The notes below the pieces were generated by a model. It saw nothing but the letters and a program-made list of their open reading frames with translations, had not been told where the DNA came from and made no database searches. Shown here one piece after another: positions 37,325 through 46,522 of a DNA stretch of 64,000 bases. Origin of the DNA: a virus; the IMG/VR virus record IMGVR_UViG_3300023106_000010, positions 22,911-86,910 of that record. One strand, written 5' to 3'. Position 1 is the first letter of the stretch. Each line of letters starts with the position of its first letter. The translations under genes were made by a program, and so were the position numbers.

Positions 37325-37621
37325 TTATTTCTTCCAATCTGTAGCGATAGACGGCTTAGGTTGATCTTTACGATGTTTCTTTACAATCTTAGGCTTCTTG
37401 TAAGCACTCAGTAATCCTTTGAAATACCTCTGCTCCAGAACATATTTTGCAAGTTCTCCCTTCAAATAGCTCAGAGCATTGTGATACTTGTATTCATCTT
37501 CCAACAAACCACTAGCATCACATTCACGCTTCTTTTGTCGATAGTATTCAATGTGTTGTTCTAGAGCTTGGATTTCAATCTTGTTTAGAAAAATCCGTCG
37601 AGTTAATACTGCTTCTGTCAT
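37325..37621 (-). CDS. Coiled-coil protein, paralog of 36297..36527
   Basis: SD AAGGAG before ATG 37621; first gene after a promoter. Confidence 0.75.
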   Translation of the reverse strand: MTEAVLTRRIFLNKIEIQALEQHIEYYRQKKRECDASGLLEDEYKYHNALSYLKGELAKYVLEQRYFKGLLSAYKKPKIVKKHRKDQPKPSIATDWKK

Positions 37622-37649
37622 GCTGTTCTCCTTAATTGTTCGTGTAAGT

Positions 37650-37678
37650 ATTTTACGCTGGTTTGTGAGAATTGTCAA
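37650..37678 (-). promoter_or_regulatory. Sigma70-type promoter
   Basis: TTGACA-17-TAAAAT, spacer box TTCTCACAA. Confidence 0.75.
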
Positions 37679-37886
37679 GAAAATCGTCATCATCTAGAAC
37701 ATCATACAAAACTTGATCTTCCTTAAATTGATTATCGAAAGCTTGACAAATCAACGAGTAAGTATTCTTAGATATCTTGCTATTGTCACCTGTGATTTTG
37801 TTGAACAAGTCTAGATAATTTTCATAGTCAAAGTCTCTCGACCAAGCATCACATTCTATAGTGCTCCAAATTGAATCGCTCATCAC
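37653..37886 (-). CDS. Hypothetical protein
   Basis: Operon context. Confidence 0.55.
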   Translation of the reverse strand: MMSDSIWSTIECDAWSRDFDYENYLDLFNKITGDNSKISKNTYSLICQAFDNQFKEDQVLYDVLDDDDFLDNSHKPA

Positions 37887-38083
37887 TAATCCTCATAATA
37901 TGGAAAACTTACTTCACAGCATTTGGAACAAACTGTCATGGTATTGTTATGCAAACCATAAGTTATAGATTCGTAAGGCTCGTGACAATACCCGCACAGA
38001 AGCAATCCACGAGGGCGTGTCTTGTTGCAAAGATAATCCTCACCACTGTATTCGTCAAAGATTCTGTTTACGTTCATTTCCAA
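37886..38083 (-). CDS. Small zinc-ribbon protein
   Basis: CGYC...CSKC; D.YS.EDYLC.K motif. Confidence 0.65.
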   Translation of the reverse strand: MEMNVNRIFDEYSGEDYLCNKTRPRGLLLCGYCHEPYESITYGLHNNTMTVCSKCCEVSFPYYED

Positions 38084-38736
38084 GTCTCATCAGCAATAGG
38101 AAAAGCCTGATTCACAGCTTCTGCGATTAGCCGAGCAAGCACGACGTGTTCTTCTTGAGTAACACCTTTTTCAAGACGTACCTGCAAATAATGGCACCAA
38201 GAACGAATTGTACCATTCACATATGCACGAGACATTGTCAGCCCTTCGGGTAGAATCACTCGACAAACTTCCTTGGCAATCCCTGCTTCCAGAGCAAACT
38301 TGTAGCGGTCTTTTACAATATCCAAGATTTCGTGTTGAATATCTTCCCACACTCGTTTCAATACTTCGTCATCCGTGTCAATACTATTCTGACGATTTTT
38401 GCTATCTTGCATACGCAGATCACGAATACAGAAAGCTTTCTCCAGAGAAGTCACATCAGCATAACGCTGTGAGAATTCTTGGAAACTAAAGCTGCGATGG
38501 CGCAGTAACTGTCGCATAATATCTCGTGGGGCCGAAACCTCCACCACGGCATTAGCCATCTCTAAAGGACTCCAGTGACTGTGCTTCACAAGGTACGACA
38601 GCAGCTTGTCAGCCGTATCCATGTTCATTTGATTGGATGGATTGCTCACTCGTGCACAATACGCGATGAGTTCTTTAGCATCTTCAATACCTTCTACTAC
38701 AGGTTTAGTTACAGCGATTAGTTTTGCGTTCAGCAT
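38074..38736 (-). CDS. thyX: Flavin-dependent thymidylate synthase
   Basis: AYCARVS, HWSPLE, RQLLRHRSFSFQEFSQRY, KE.CR.ILP. Confidence 0.96.
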   Translation of the reverse strand: MLNAKLIAVTKPVVEGIEDAKELIAYCARVSNPSNQMNMDTADKLLSYLVKHSHWSPLEMANAVVEVSAPRDIMRQLLRHRSFSFQEFSQRYADVTSLEKAFCIRDLRMQDSKNRQNSIDTDDEVLKRVWEDIQHEILDIVKDRYKFALEAGIAKEVCRVILPEGLTMSRAYVNGTIRSWCHYLQVRLEKGVTQEEHVVLARLIAEAVNQAFPIADETWK

Positions 38737-38915
38737 TTATCAATCTTTCAAATCAGAATATTCACAGAGGTCCAACTTTACAGCCAACTCTTTCAAGCCG
38801 CTATTAGCACCATCGATATAATCAGAGTTAGCTCCCGCCAAGAACATTACTTCTCGGTTCCTGTCAAGCATATCCAGAATTGTTTCCAAGAGGAATGCCT
38901 TATACATTGTTGTAC

Positions 38916-40608
38916 TCATTCTTCTTCCTCATCTTGTTCAGGCTCATCCAAACCTTCGACACAGTACATAGAGTATTCGCCATCACGACAATCACCACGA
39001 GGGTCCATTGATCGCTCTGTGCCGAAAGCATCTTCACAGGCCATTTCATTCAAGCCAATCTCCAGAGCTTCTGCAATAGTGTCTTCCCAATCTTCGTCCT
39101 CATTCATTGCCAGAAGATTTTCCAATACTTTCTTGTTGCGTAGTTGTTGTTCAGTCATGGTCGTTTCACTCCCATGCTAATCTTCACGTTGTTCAGCTTA
39201 GTAATCAGATTTCCTCCATGTAAGGATCGCAGTCTACACTACGAACCCTCTTATTACAATGACGAATATCACCTTCAAGGTCAACTGAAACTAGTTCAGC
39301 TTCATCGAAATCTTCAGCCTCGATTACAACTCGATATTCACAAATCCATTTAGCCATTATTCTCATCCTTGTAATCTTCAACACATTCTTCGCACATGCG
39401 ATTAACATACTCAGAATGCAATGATAGCACAACATCAGGGTCCGTCATAGGATTACTCACCAACCCTCCTGTAACACCCATGTAAACTTCTGGAATGTTG
39501 CGAATCAACACTGAGAAATCAGAAAGCTCTTTCTTCAGTTGCTCTACATCGATTGAGCCATCTGGCAAAACTAGGATTTCTTTCCAGAATCGGTCCCAGC
39601 ATTCTTGTGGGTCTTCTTGTTTACGCATCACCAAGCCACATCCACAACAATAGCTTCCACTTCAGATAGATCATAGTTGTCCACTAACCATTGTGCGAAG
39701 TTGCCCTCTTCAGGTTCAAGATATTCCTTGTCGAGAATAATAGCAGTGTCATTATGAATCCGCCAGTCTTGGTCATCAAAGAACAACTTGGAGATTTCAC
39801 CGGGGAAATTGCATCGCTGTAGCATCAAAACTTTTTGTACTTTGCTCATACATCCTCCACAGCCGAATGCAACTGCCCACTAACATTCTTCAAATCCTCA
39901 AAGCTCTCAAGAATCTCGTACAAGATACCAAAAGTCTCCTTAGAATTCTCTACACTCGTACCAAGAATATTTGCTGTGAACGTCACAGGATAGAGTTGCA
40001 CGTCGGCTACAGCGGCTTTCTCTCCCAACATCTTACGATATTCCTCAGCCTCACGCTGTTTACGTTCTAGCATACGTTGTTCAAAATGGCTCATACACCC
40101 TCTCCAGTGACTTCCATCAACATCTGCACAACAATATCACTCGTGCGCTTAGTGTAAGCCTCCAGACACCAAGCAGCTTTGAAGACATTATTAACATACA
40201 ATTCAACAATATCTTCTGATGGATTCTCTACAATCTTATAATCGTTCATACATTCTCCTCAATAATTTCTACAGGGTCTACGGGTTCCGCAGGTTCTTCT
40301 TGCTCAACAAGCACAGGAGGCTTTGCCAATTCCTCATTACGTTGAGCTTGCAACACTTGAATAAACCACTCACGATTTTTGTATTGTACACCAGTTGCCA
40401 CTTCTGTGTAAATACCACTTGGGTGAGAAATGTAGTCTACCCCTACAGCACCGTGTATAGTGATGGGCGTGGGCACTTTTGTTGTGGCAAGATTGAATTG
40501 GTCCACTTGTACATCCCAAGCAATGATGGAATGCTCCGTCACTTGAATTGTTGGCGTGGACTTGTCTACGTGTACGGCGTAGTAATCTGGTAGTGCGGTG
40601 ATGATCAT
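38916..40608 (-). other. Run of small hypothetical genes (38916..39158, 39350..39634, 39628..39849, 39846..40094, 40246..40608 and shorter ORFs)
   Basis: Tightly packed, overlapping start/stop codons, same strand; no recognisable motifs. Confidence 0.65.
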
Positions 40609-40775
40609 TGATTCTCCTTAATTCTGTAGTAAGTATTTACATCCCAGCTAGGATTTCCCCAAGTGTTATGTTGACGAGGAAGGTCTTCCCAAGGCATATA
40701 AAGATTATGCCGATATTGAATTTCTAAACCGTTTGCCCAAGCGATGATTATTTCTTTGTGTGGATGTTGTTTCAC
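40605..40775 (-). CDS. 56-aa hypothetical protein (not in ORF track)
   Basis: GTG start after GGAG; MKQHPHKEIIIAWANGLEIQY...PSWD...YRIK, a common phage small-protein pattern; ATGA-coupled to the next gene. Confidence 0.65.
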   Translation of the reverse strand: MKQHPHKEIIIAWANGLEIQYRHNLYMPWEDLPRQHNTWGNPSWDVNTYYRIKENQ

Positions 40776-40776
40776 G

Positions 40777-41670
40777 CTACTCTCCGAATTTCTTGATATA
40801 TCCGTTACTCAAAGCTTCATAGAATTTGTTAACATAACTCTCGTCATAGAGAGCTTGAATTTCATCATAATGGTCGTAGCAGAACTTCCTAAACCACCCT
40901 GAAGAAATGCTTGTACTTAACTTCATCTGAGCCATGTCAAAAGCCCATTTACGATTTACATCTGGAAACGGGTGAATACTTCTCTCCAAGCTTAGCACAT
41001 ACATTTCTTCCAACGCTGCGTAAAGCTGAATCTCTTTAGGTAAAGTAAAGAACATGCTCTTAGACGTAAACACCTCTGTATCATCAGGCTTGAAATACTC
41101 GTAAGCTGGTTTGTCCAAGTGCTTCACGGCCAGATGGATATCGTCGTGCTCTAGTGTATAGATGCTCGCAGAGTTATCAAAGAAATCTTGCTTACTTTGA
41201 TTTAATTTTGGTAAAACATTATCATAAGTGTCTTTCTCACGCTGCTTAAAGAAATCCATGTACGATGGTCGAAGCTCGCATCCAAGCTTCTCAAGTGCCT
41301 GAATGTCACGTAAAGTCTTCAAGAAGTGTGGACTATCCTTCTTGTACTTGTGGGAGCACTTCAGAAGATAAAGGAAGTCCAAGGATGGAATCAACATACC
41401 TTCATGTTCGATTGTGTCCCAATCATTCTTCACAAATTCAATAAGCTTCTCAGCACGACTTCCTGTCCATGCCACTTCTACTTCCGTAATCTCACCGTCA
41501 GCAAACTTCATATAGATGCTATCACCACTCGAAATAGGATAGCACACTTTCGGCCTATGCTTTTTCTGATATTCTTCAGCTTCTTCATAAGTGCCTACCA
41601 AGTCAGTGTCCTGCGGCTCACGCCATTCTGGCACATGGTATTTAATAGCTTTGCTTCCGATGAGGATCAT
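40777..41670 (-). CDS. Nucleotidyltransferase-fold protein with C-terminal helical domain
   Basis: N-terminal LIGSKA...PQDTDL (hG[GS]...DxD), third acid in EVE, K.SH; C-terminal HDDIH, EE.YV..LER, GWFR. Confidence 0.65.
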   Translation of the reverse strand: MILIGSKAIKYHVPEWREPQDTDLVGTYEEAEEYQKKHRPKVCYPISSGDSIYMKFADGEITEVEVAWTGSRAEKLIEFVKNDWDTIEHEGMLIPSLDFLYLLKCSHKYKKDSPHFLKTLRDIQALEKLGCELRPSYMDFFKQREKDTYDNVLPKLNQSKQDFFDNSASIYTLEHDDIHLAVKHLDKPAYEYFKPDDTEVFTSKSMFFTLPKEIQLYAALEEMYVLSLERSIHPFPDVNRKWAFDMAQMKLSTSISSGWFRKFCYDHYDEIQALYDESYVNKFYEALSNGYIKKFGE

Positions 41671-41682
41671 ATCTTCTTTCTA

Positions 41683-41946
41683 TTAGCAGTCGTACGAGGA
41701 GCTATTCCAGTCAGGATGCAAACTATCTACAGCCTCAATCTCATTACTAAACATGCCGTAGCTGCCACCAAGCTTAATCTCAATACCAGAGATTTCTACA
41801 ACTTCTTTAATTTCTTTAAGAATGGTTTTGATAGCTTCAACTTTCTCAGCAACAACCTTTTTACCTTCTTTGGCTGTGAGAGTTGGGATGCCAGCTTGTT
41901 TCATAATTGCATCCAGACGTGCTTTACTGATTGTGATATTAGTCAT
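41683..41946 (-). CDS. Small protein with C-terminal WNSSSYDC
   Basis: SD AAGGA; member of a tandem family. Confidence 0.8.
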   Translation of the reverse strand: MTNITISKARLDAIMKQAGIPTLTAKEGKKVVAEKVEAIKTILKEIKEVVEISGIEIKLGGSYGMFSNEIEAVDSLHPDWNSSSYDC

Positions 41947-41964
41947 TTGTTAGTCCTTAATTAA

Positions 41965-42414
41965 TTAGCAATAAGAAGTCAACCACTCGGAGACATCACT
42001 TTCCATCGTGTCTAGCAGACTCCACAGCTGTTGGAAAGACGCACTTTCATCATAGCTAAAGATACCCTCGTCAAACTGAGTGGTGTAAGGATCGCCATAA
42101 GGGCTATATTCGCTCTGGCGGTCGTAATAAGGCAGATCATAACTAACACCAGAAACATCGCTGACAAACTTAGCATTCTTCAGAAGCTCCAGAGCTTGTG
42201 CACTGACAGCTTCCAGATCGATCTTTTCTTCGTCATCTTCATCGGCACTAACAATCTGTTCCAGAAATACTTTAGCATCCTTAATTGCATCAGCAATAAA
42301 CTTGCTAGCACCTTGACGAATAGATGCTCGCATTTGTGCTTGCTCTACTGCCAAAGCATCATAACGAACTTTCATTTCGGTCAGATTTACGCCATCGATA
42401 ATAATTTCTTGCAT
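41965..42414 (-). CDS. Protein with C-terminal WLTSYC
   Basis: SD AAGGAG; member of a tandem family. Confidence 0.8.
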   Translation of the reverse strand: MQEIIIDGVNLTEMKVRYDALAVEQAQMRASIRQGASKFIADAIKDAKVFLEQIVSADEDDEEKIDLEAVSAQALELLKNAKFVSDVSGVSYDLPYYDRQSEYSPYGDPYTTQFDEGIFSYDESASFQQLWSLLDTMESDVSEWLTSYC

Positions 42415-42434
42415 GATTTTCTCCTTAGTTTAAA

Positions 42435-42677
42435 TTAGCACGTTGCTGTGGAAGAAACCCACTGAGCACTATCAGACCACTTGTTGTAATTCTCAACACC
42501 ATCAGGATAGTACGTAGCTCCAGCACCATAACCAGCTTGCGCAGAACAACCTTCACCACCCCAAGGCAAATCAAACTCCACTTGAGCTTCATCTGCAATC
42601 TTAACACATTCGTTGAAAAGTTTATTCATGATTTCACAACGATCTGAGAGTTCTTTGTACGCTTGTTGTTTGTCCAT
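42435..42677 (-). CDS. Small protein with C-terminal WVSSTATC
   Basis: Start MDKQQA at 42677; member of a tandem family. Confidence 0.8.
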   Translation of the reverse strand: MDKQQAYKELSDRCEIMNKLFNECVKIADEAQVEFDLPWGGEGCSAQAGYGAGATYYPDGVENYNKWSDSAQWVSSTATC

Positions 42678-42679
42678 TG

Positions 42680-42874
42680 TTAGCAACCTTCTGCCGAAGA
42701 ACTTACCCAACCATTTTCATTGTCATAATAGCCACCATCACCATAACCTGCCGGGCCATCATAGCGAACGTAGTCCAAGCCAGCTTGATCTGCAATGTCA
42801 GCAATACGGCTGTACAGAACATCAATTTCGGCTTTCAACTCTACAATCTTTTTACTTGCTTCTTGCTTTTCCAT
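42680..42874 (-). CDS. Small protein with C-terminal WVSSSAEGC
   Basis: SD AAGGAG before ATG 42874 (MEKQEA); member of a tandem family. Confidence 0.8.
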   Translation of the reverse strand: MEKQEASKKIVELKAEIDVLYSRIADIADQAGLDYVRYDGPAGYGDGGYYDNENGWVSSSAEGC

Positions 42875-42884
42875 AATTTTCTCC

Positions 42885-43292
42885 TTAACGTACAGCAAAA
42901 TATAAATTCCCAATTCTCACATTCTTCTTAGTAAACTCGTGCGGAACATGGTTGAAGTAGAAATATCCACTCCTAATTGGACTTCGGTGTTTCAACAACT
43001 TAAATCCAAACTCTGCTTGCTCTGTTGTCAGTCGCCATGTCTTCAGCTTAGCAACCCAAGGATACTGACGAGGTTCCTTCAATACTTGATGCAAGCTCTT
43101 GTCAGAAATTATAGCACGATTGTAAGCGCTGTCAACAACTAAATTTTGTACTTTTACAGTCTCACCTCTGGCTTCGTACCAAGCTATCAACGTGACGGCT
43201 TCAAACCTCGAAGGAACCCTGTCAGAAATCCTAGCACATACTTCTGACGAAAGCAACAATCCTAACAGTAAACTTACCCATAACACTCTCAA
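42885..43292 (-). CDS. SleB-like cell wall hydrolase (Hydrolase_2) with signal peptide/TM
   Basis: WYEARGE, V....NR, V...P.QY.W, YF, RIGN.YF. Confidence 0.75.
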   Translation of the reverse strand: MRVLWVSLLLGLLLSSEVCARISDRVPSRFEAVTLIAWYEARGETVKVQNLVVDSAYNRAIISDKSLHQVLKEPRQYPWVAKLKTWRLTTEQAEFGFKLLKHRSPIRSGYFYFNHVPHEFTKKNVRIGNLYFAVR

Positions 43293-44089
43293 ACAATCCC
43301 CTGTTCAATCTCATAGAAGCGTTTTATGTACGCATCCTTCTGCTCTGGAGTGAGAAGGCCATGTACACTCTGAAGCTTCTCACGTTCTTTGAAAGCCTTC
43401 TCAATGTCTTCAGCAGAGACAGCAGCTAGAGCACTTGCATAGTCGTATTCAATGTAAGGCTTTCGCATAGAGTTTTCAATATCGTCAGTCATTGCTCACT
43501 CCCTTTCAATAATTTATACAATTCCTCTTCCATCTCATCTGTCAAGAATTCTGACAATTCTACATCACCTACTTTGAAGCTGTCAATGTAAAATTCTTCA
43601 GGCGCTCCGGGATCGAATTCTGACGAATTCCAAGCTGGATTGTGCGTGTAATTGATTGTGCACGTCTGTTTAGCTTTATAAGCTGTCATTCACTCTCCTT
43701 AAATATTGGGTGAAACACTGATGAGCTTTGTTCACACATCCGCTCAATAAGAGCATCCTTGACAAGCTCTCGTAGTTGTATGAGGTCTTGTAGATTGAAC
43801 AACTTCACCCTTGGCTCAGAGCGTGGAGATGAGTATTCAAAGTTGTCTTCGATAAATTCTTGTAGTTTTTCATTGTCTGTCATTCTTCCTCCTTGTTGCT
43901 ATACATAACATGGGCTTCTTGCCAGTAAAACCAAGCAGCTTGCAAACCCTCGTGTAGATATACTCCATACCTGTCCCTATCAAGCGAAGCTCCAAAGATG
44001 TGTAATTTACAAGCAGTTACTTCAAAATCTTCTCTTACTGGGCAAGAACCTATCTCAGACGACTGCGGAAATGTATAAGTAGATTTCAT
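43289..44089 (-). other. Four small hypothetical genes (43289..43492, 43489..43689, 43686..43883, 43880..44089)
   Basis: Chain of 4-nt start/stop overlaps downstream of the promoter at 44112-44140. Confidence 0.65.
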
Positions 44090-44111
44090 GTTTCCTCCTG
44101 TGTGAACATAC

Positions 44112-44140
44112 ATTCTACGTGCAGTTGTAAGAGTTGTCAA
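44112..44140 (-). promoter_or_regulatory. Sigma70-type promoter
   Basis: TTGACA-17-TAGAAT, spacer box CTCTTACAA. Confidence 0.75.
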
Positions 44141-44156
44141 GCGCAAATGTTCAGAC

Positions 44157-44192
44157 GAAGAAAAGCCCTCCGAGCTTTCGCAGGGAGGGCTT
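44157..44192 (-). terminator. Intrinsic terminator after SGNH gene
   Basis: Minus strand AAGCCCTCCCTGC-GAAA-GCTCGGAGGGCTT-TTCTTC. Confidence 0.75.
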
Positions 44193-44200
44193 ATGTTGTT

Positions 44201-45670
44201 TTAATTCACAACTTTTGTAAGAACAGGGATTGCTGCCAATGTGGCTATGGCGGCATATCCAGAAAAACTAGGGTGCGTGTTGTCCACCGTACCAGCAGGA
44301 TTCCAGTAGAAACCCCCTGAATTTGTGGCGTCATATACTCCTACCACATTAGGGTTAATAAAGAAAGCTCCTCGAATCGCACTCATTTTGGCAATGAAGG
44401 ATTGTCGGCGGGCTTCTGTACCAGCACCTGCATATGGTACAGGTGCGATGAGCACTGGTACAACCCCTAGCGAATAGGCGGTGTCGTAGAGGTCAAAAGC
44501 CCTTGAAAATTCAGCGCTATTAACGGCATCTGTAGATGGTGTGTCATTTGGCGTGTAAGGTGGGTAAACTACAACTGTTGGGCGGATAAGTGCCATAAAA
44601 TCTTTTGCACGTTGCAAGTATTGCGTAGTAGTTTGTCCACCAATACCCGCGTTGATGAACCCTACAGGTTTGTCCACATTAGCTAAGGCAACCCCTGCTT
44701 TCATGGTCCAACCACCTGACGAGTTTAGTGCGTTGTTAGTGGTAGCATCCCCACCAGCACCCAGCCCTTTGATGATAGAATCACCCACAAAAAGAACTAG
44801 GTCGGCACTACCCCTCATACGAAAAACTAAGCCATAAATACGTACAGTGGTAGTATTAGCCCCAGCAGTCCATGCTGTGGTCATTGCCGAAGGGTTACTC
44901 ACACCGTCTACACTAGCTTGGGCAACACTAGCAAATTCATAAGGGGCAAGGCTGTCGTTGAACAAATCAGCTTGAGCGGCAGTAGTGAACTGGAAAGATG
45001 CACACGTCCTGTTATTTATGTAAGACCTAGCCATCACAATTGGGAGTGTCTTTCCGTCCGTTCTAGGAATACTTGACAAAGAAATCCAATCAGACAGTAT
45101 CAATGTTGGGCGAGCCAGCGATCCTGCTGCTATTGATGTCGAAGATGCTCCTGACCATGTTACAGGAATCCATCCATTTTGTGTGCCCGCAGCAGCTAAT
45201 GTGTTATACTGAGTGCCATTGATAATAGGTACAGTTTTACTTACATTGGAACTTTCTGACACTGCCACACAAGCTCCATCTAAGGTGGTAGAAGATGCTC
45301 CAATGTTGATTGTCAGGAGTGCCACAGCATCAAAATGGCCCGGTGCAGTTGTGAGAAGGTTGGCAGTTACAACATTGGCTCCACCATCGAAAGATGGCAT
45401 CATAGGTACAAACGCGCTAATAGTACTAGGTCGTTTTACAAACGTTGTAATTTTACCATTTGAATTGTTGAGTGCCAAACCGTCTGCTGTGAAAGTAGCT
45501 GTCTCAGCAGGAAGCTTCACAACCATTTTGTTTGTTGCAACATCTTGAGGTACTTGTGTCGAGCTAATACTTCCTGTAACATTACTGCTACCGGTATCTG
45601 ATTGAAGTACAATTGCCCCATTCTCATTGACTCCCCATACACTAGCTTCTTGAATTGTATCTACAGCCAT
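44201..45670 (-). CDS. SGNH/GDSL hydrolase-domain protein (tailspike/esterase-like)
   Basis: FVGDSI, NAGIGGQTT, ND, DNTHPS..GY blocks; Thr/Ser/Ala-rich beta N-terminal part; start MAVDT at 45670 (track 45706). Confidence 0.85.
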   Translation of the reverse strand: MAVDTIQEASVWGVNENGAIVLQSDTGSSNVTGSISSTQVPQDVATNKMVVKLPAETATFTADGLALNNSNGKITTFVKRPSTISAFVPMMPSFDGGANVVTANLLTTAPGHFDAVALLTINIGASSTTLDGACVAVSESSNVSKTVPIINGTQYNTLAAAGTQNGWIPVTWSGASSTSIAAGSLARPTLILSDWISLSSIPRTDGKTLPIVMARSYINNRTCASFQFTTAAQADLFNDSLAPYEFASVAQASVDGVSNPSAMTTAWTAGANTTTVRIYGLVFRMRGSADLVLFVGDSIIKGLGAGGDATTNNALNSSGGWTMKAGVALANVDKPVGFINAGIGGQTTTQYLQRAKDFMALIRPTVVVYPPYTPNDTPSTDAVNSAEFSRAFDLYDTAYSLGVVPVLIAPVPYAGAGTEARRQSFIAKMSAIRGAFFINPNVVGVYDATNSGGFYWNPAGTVDNTHPSFSGYAAIATLAAIPVLTKVVN

Positions 45671-45798
45671 ATAATTATTCTTTCTATAAACGCCAAATGG
45701 CTCCATACACTACGTGTAGAAGCTTTCAGCTTTTGTTATCCCTTGCGCAAGGACTCTAACAGAATGTTAGAACGACTGTAAAAGTTACAGTCTTCGCC

Positions 45799-45826
45799 AT
45801 TATACCACGATTCCGCTGTGTGTCAA
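45799..45826 (-). promoter_or_regulatory. Sigma70 promoter for SGNH gene
   Basis: TTGACA-16-TATAAT with extended -10 TG. Confidence 0.75.
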
Positions 45827-45851
45827 TAGGGCAACAGCCATAAACTTTATC

Positions 45852-45880
45852 TTGACAGTTCTCAGAACAACTCCTATCAT
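45852..45880 (+). promoter_or_regulatory. Divergent sigma70 promoter at start of + strand block
   Basis: TTGACA-17-TATCAT, spacer box TTCTCAGAA. Confidence 0.75.
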
Positions 45881-45909
45881 GTACCTGTACAGCTTCCACG
45901 AAAGACATC

Positions 45910-46522
45910 ATGAAAATTCTGCTTTACTCAGTTCTCACAATTCTCTTGACAGCCATCTGTACACTCCTTATAGTGTACGCAGAGCCTAAGACAATCATCA
46001 ATGTGTTGGCTGTCAGTGTTCTGGCAATTCTAGTAGGATTGATGCTGGAGAGCGGATTTATAGCGTTGTACAATTTTATTAACAAGGAGAAATAATTATG
46101 GCTCAGCCATTGGAAGCTTATCGTAAGAGGAATGGTGATGATACGTTAGTTGTGACGTACTATCCCGGAATGATCGAATTATATACAATTGATGCGTGGC
46201 ATGAGCACAAAACAGCTTTCAACATGCATATCTTAGATTGGCGTGCTTTGAATGTGGCTGTTGAGGCTTGTCATAATGGAGAGAATGTATGAACGAAGAA
46301 GACAATTTGTTGAAGGAATTTGGAAAGCTTGTCGAGCAATGTAGGCTTAATATTGCAGGAGATTGTCCTAGCAAGGATGATGTTATTATTGTGTTTGCTG
46401 GCGAGTACATTGGTGCTATTAAGAAATTAGTTAGCGAGAAAGATTATTTGCTTGATATAACCCTTACACGGTTGACTAAATTTACTGGAAGTAAAAACTT
46501 AGGAGTTGTGAATGAAAGTTGA
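45910..46522 (+). other. Three small hypothetical genes (45910..46095 membrane, 46098..46292, 46289..46522)
   Basis: SD motifs and coupled start/stops. Confidence 0.65.

Noticed and set aside
45776-45790. CTGT-AAAAGTT-ACAG as a fourth LexA box
   Set aside because: The spacer is 7 nt, not 8; it is part of the hairpin array
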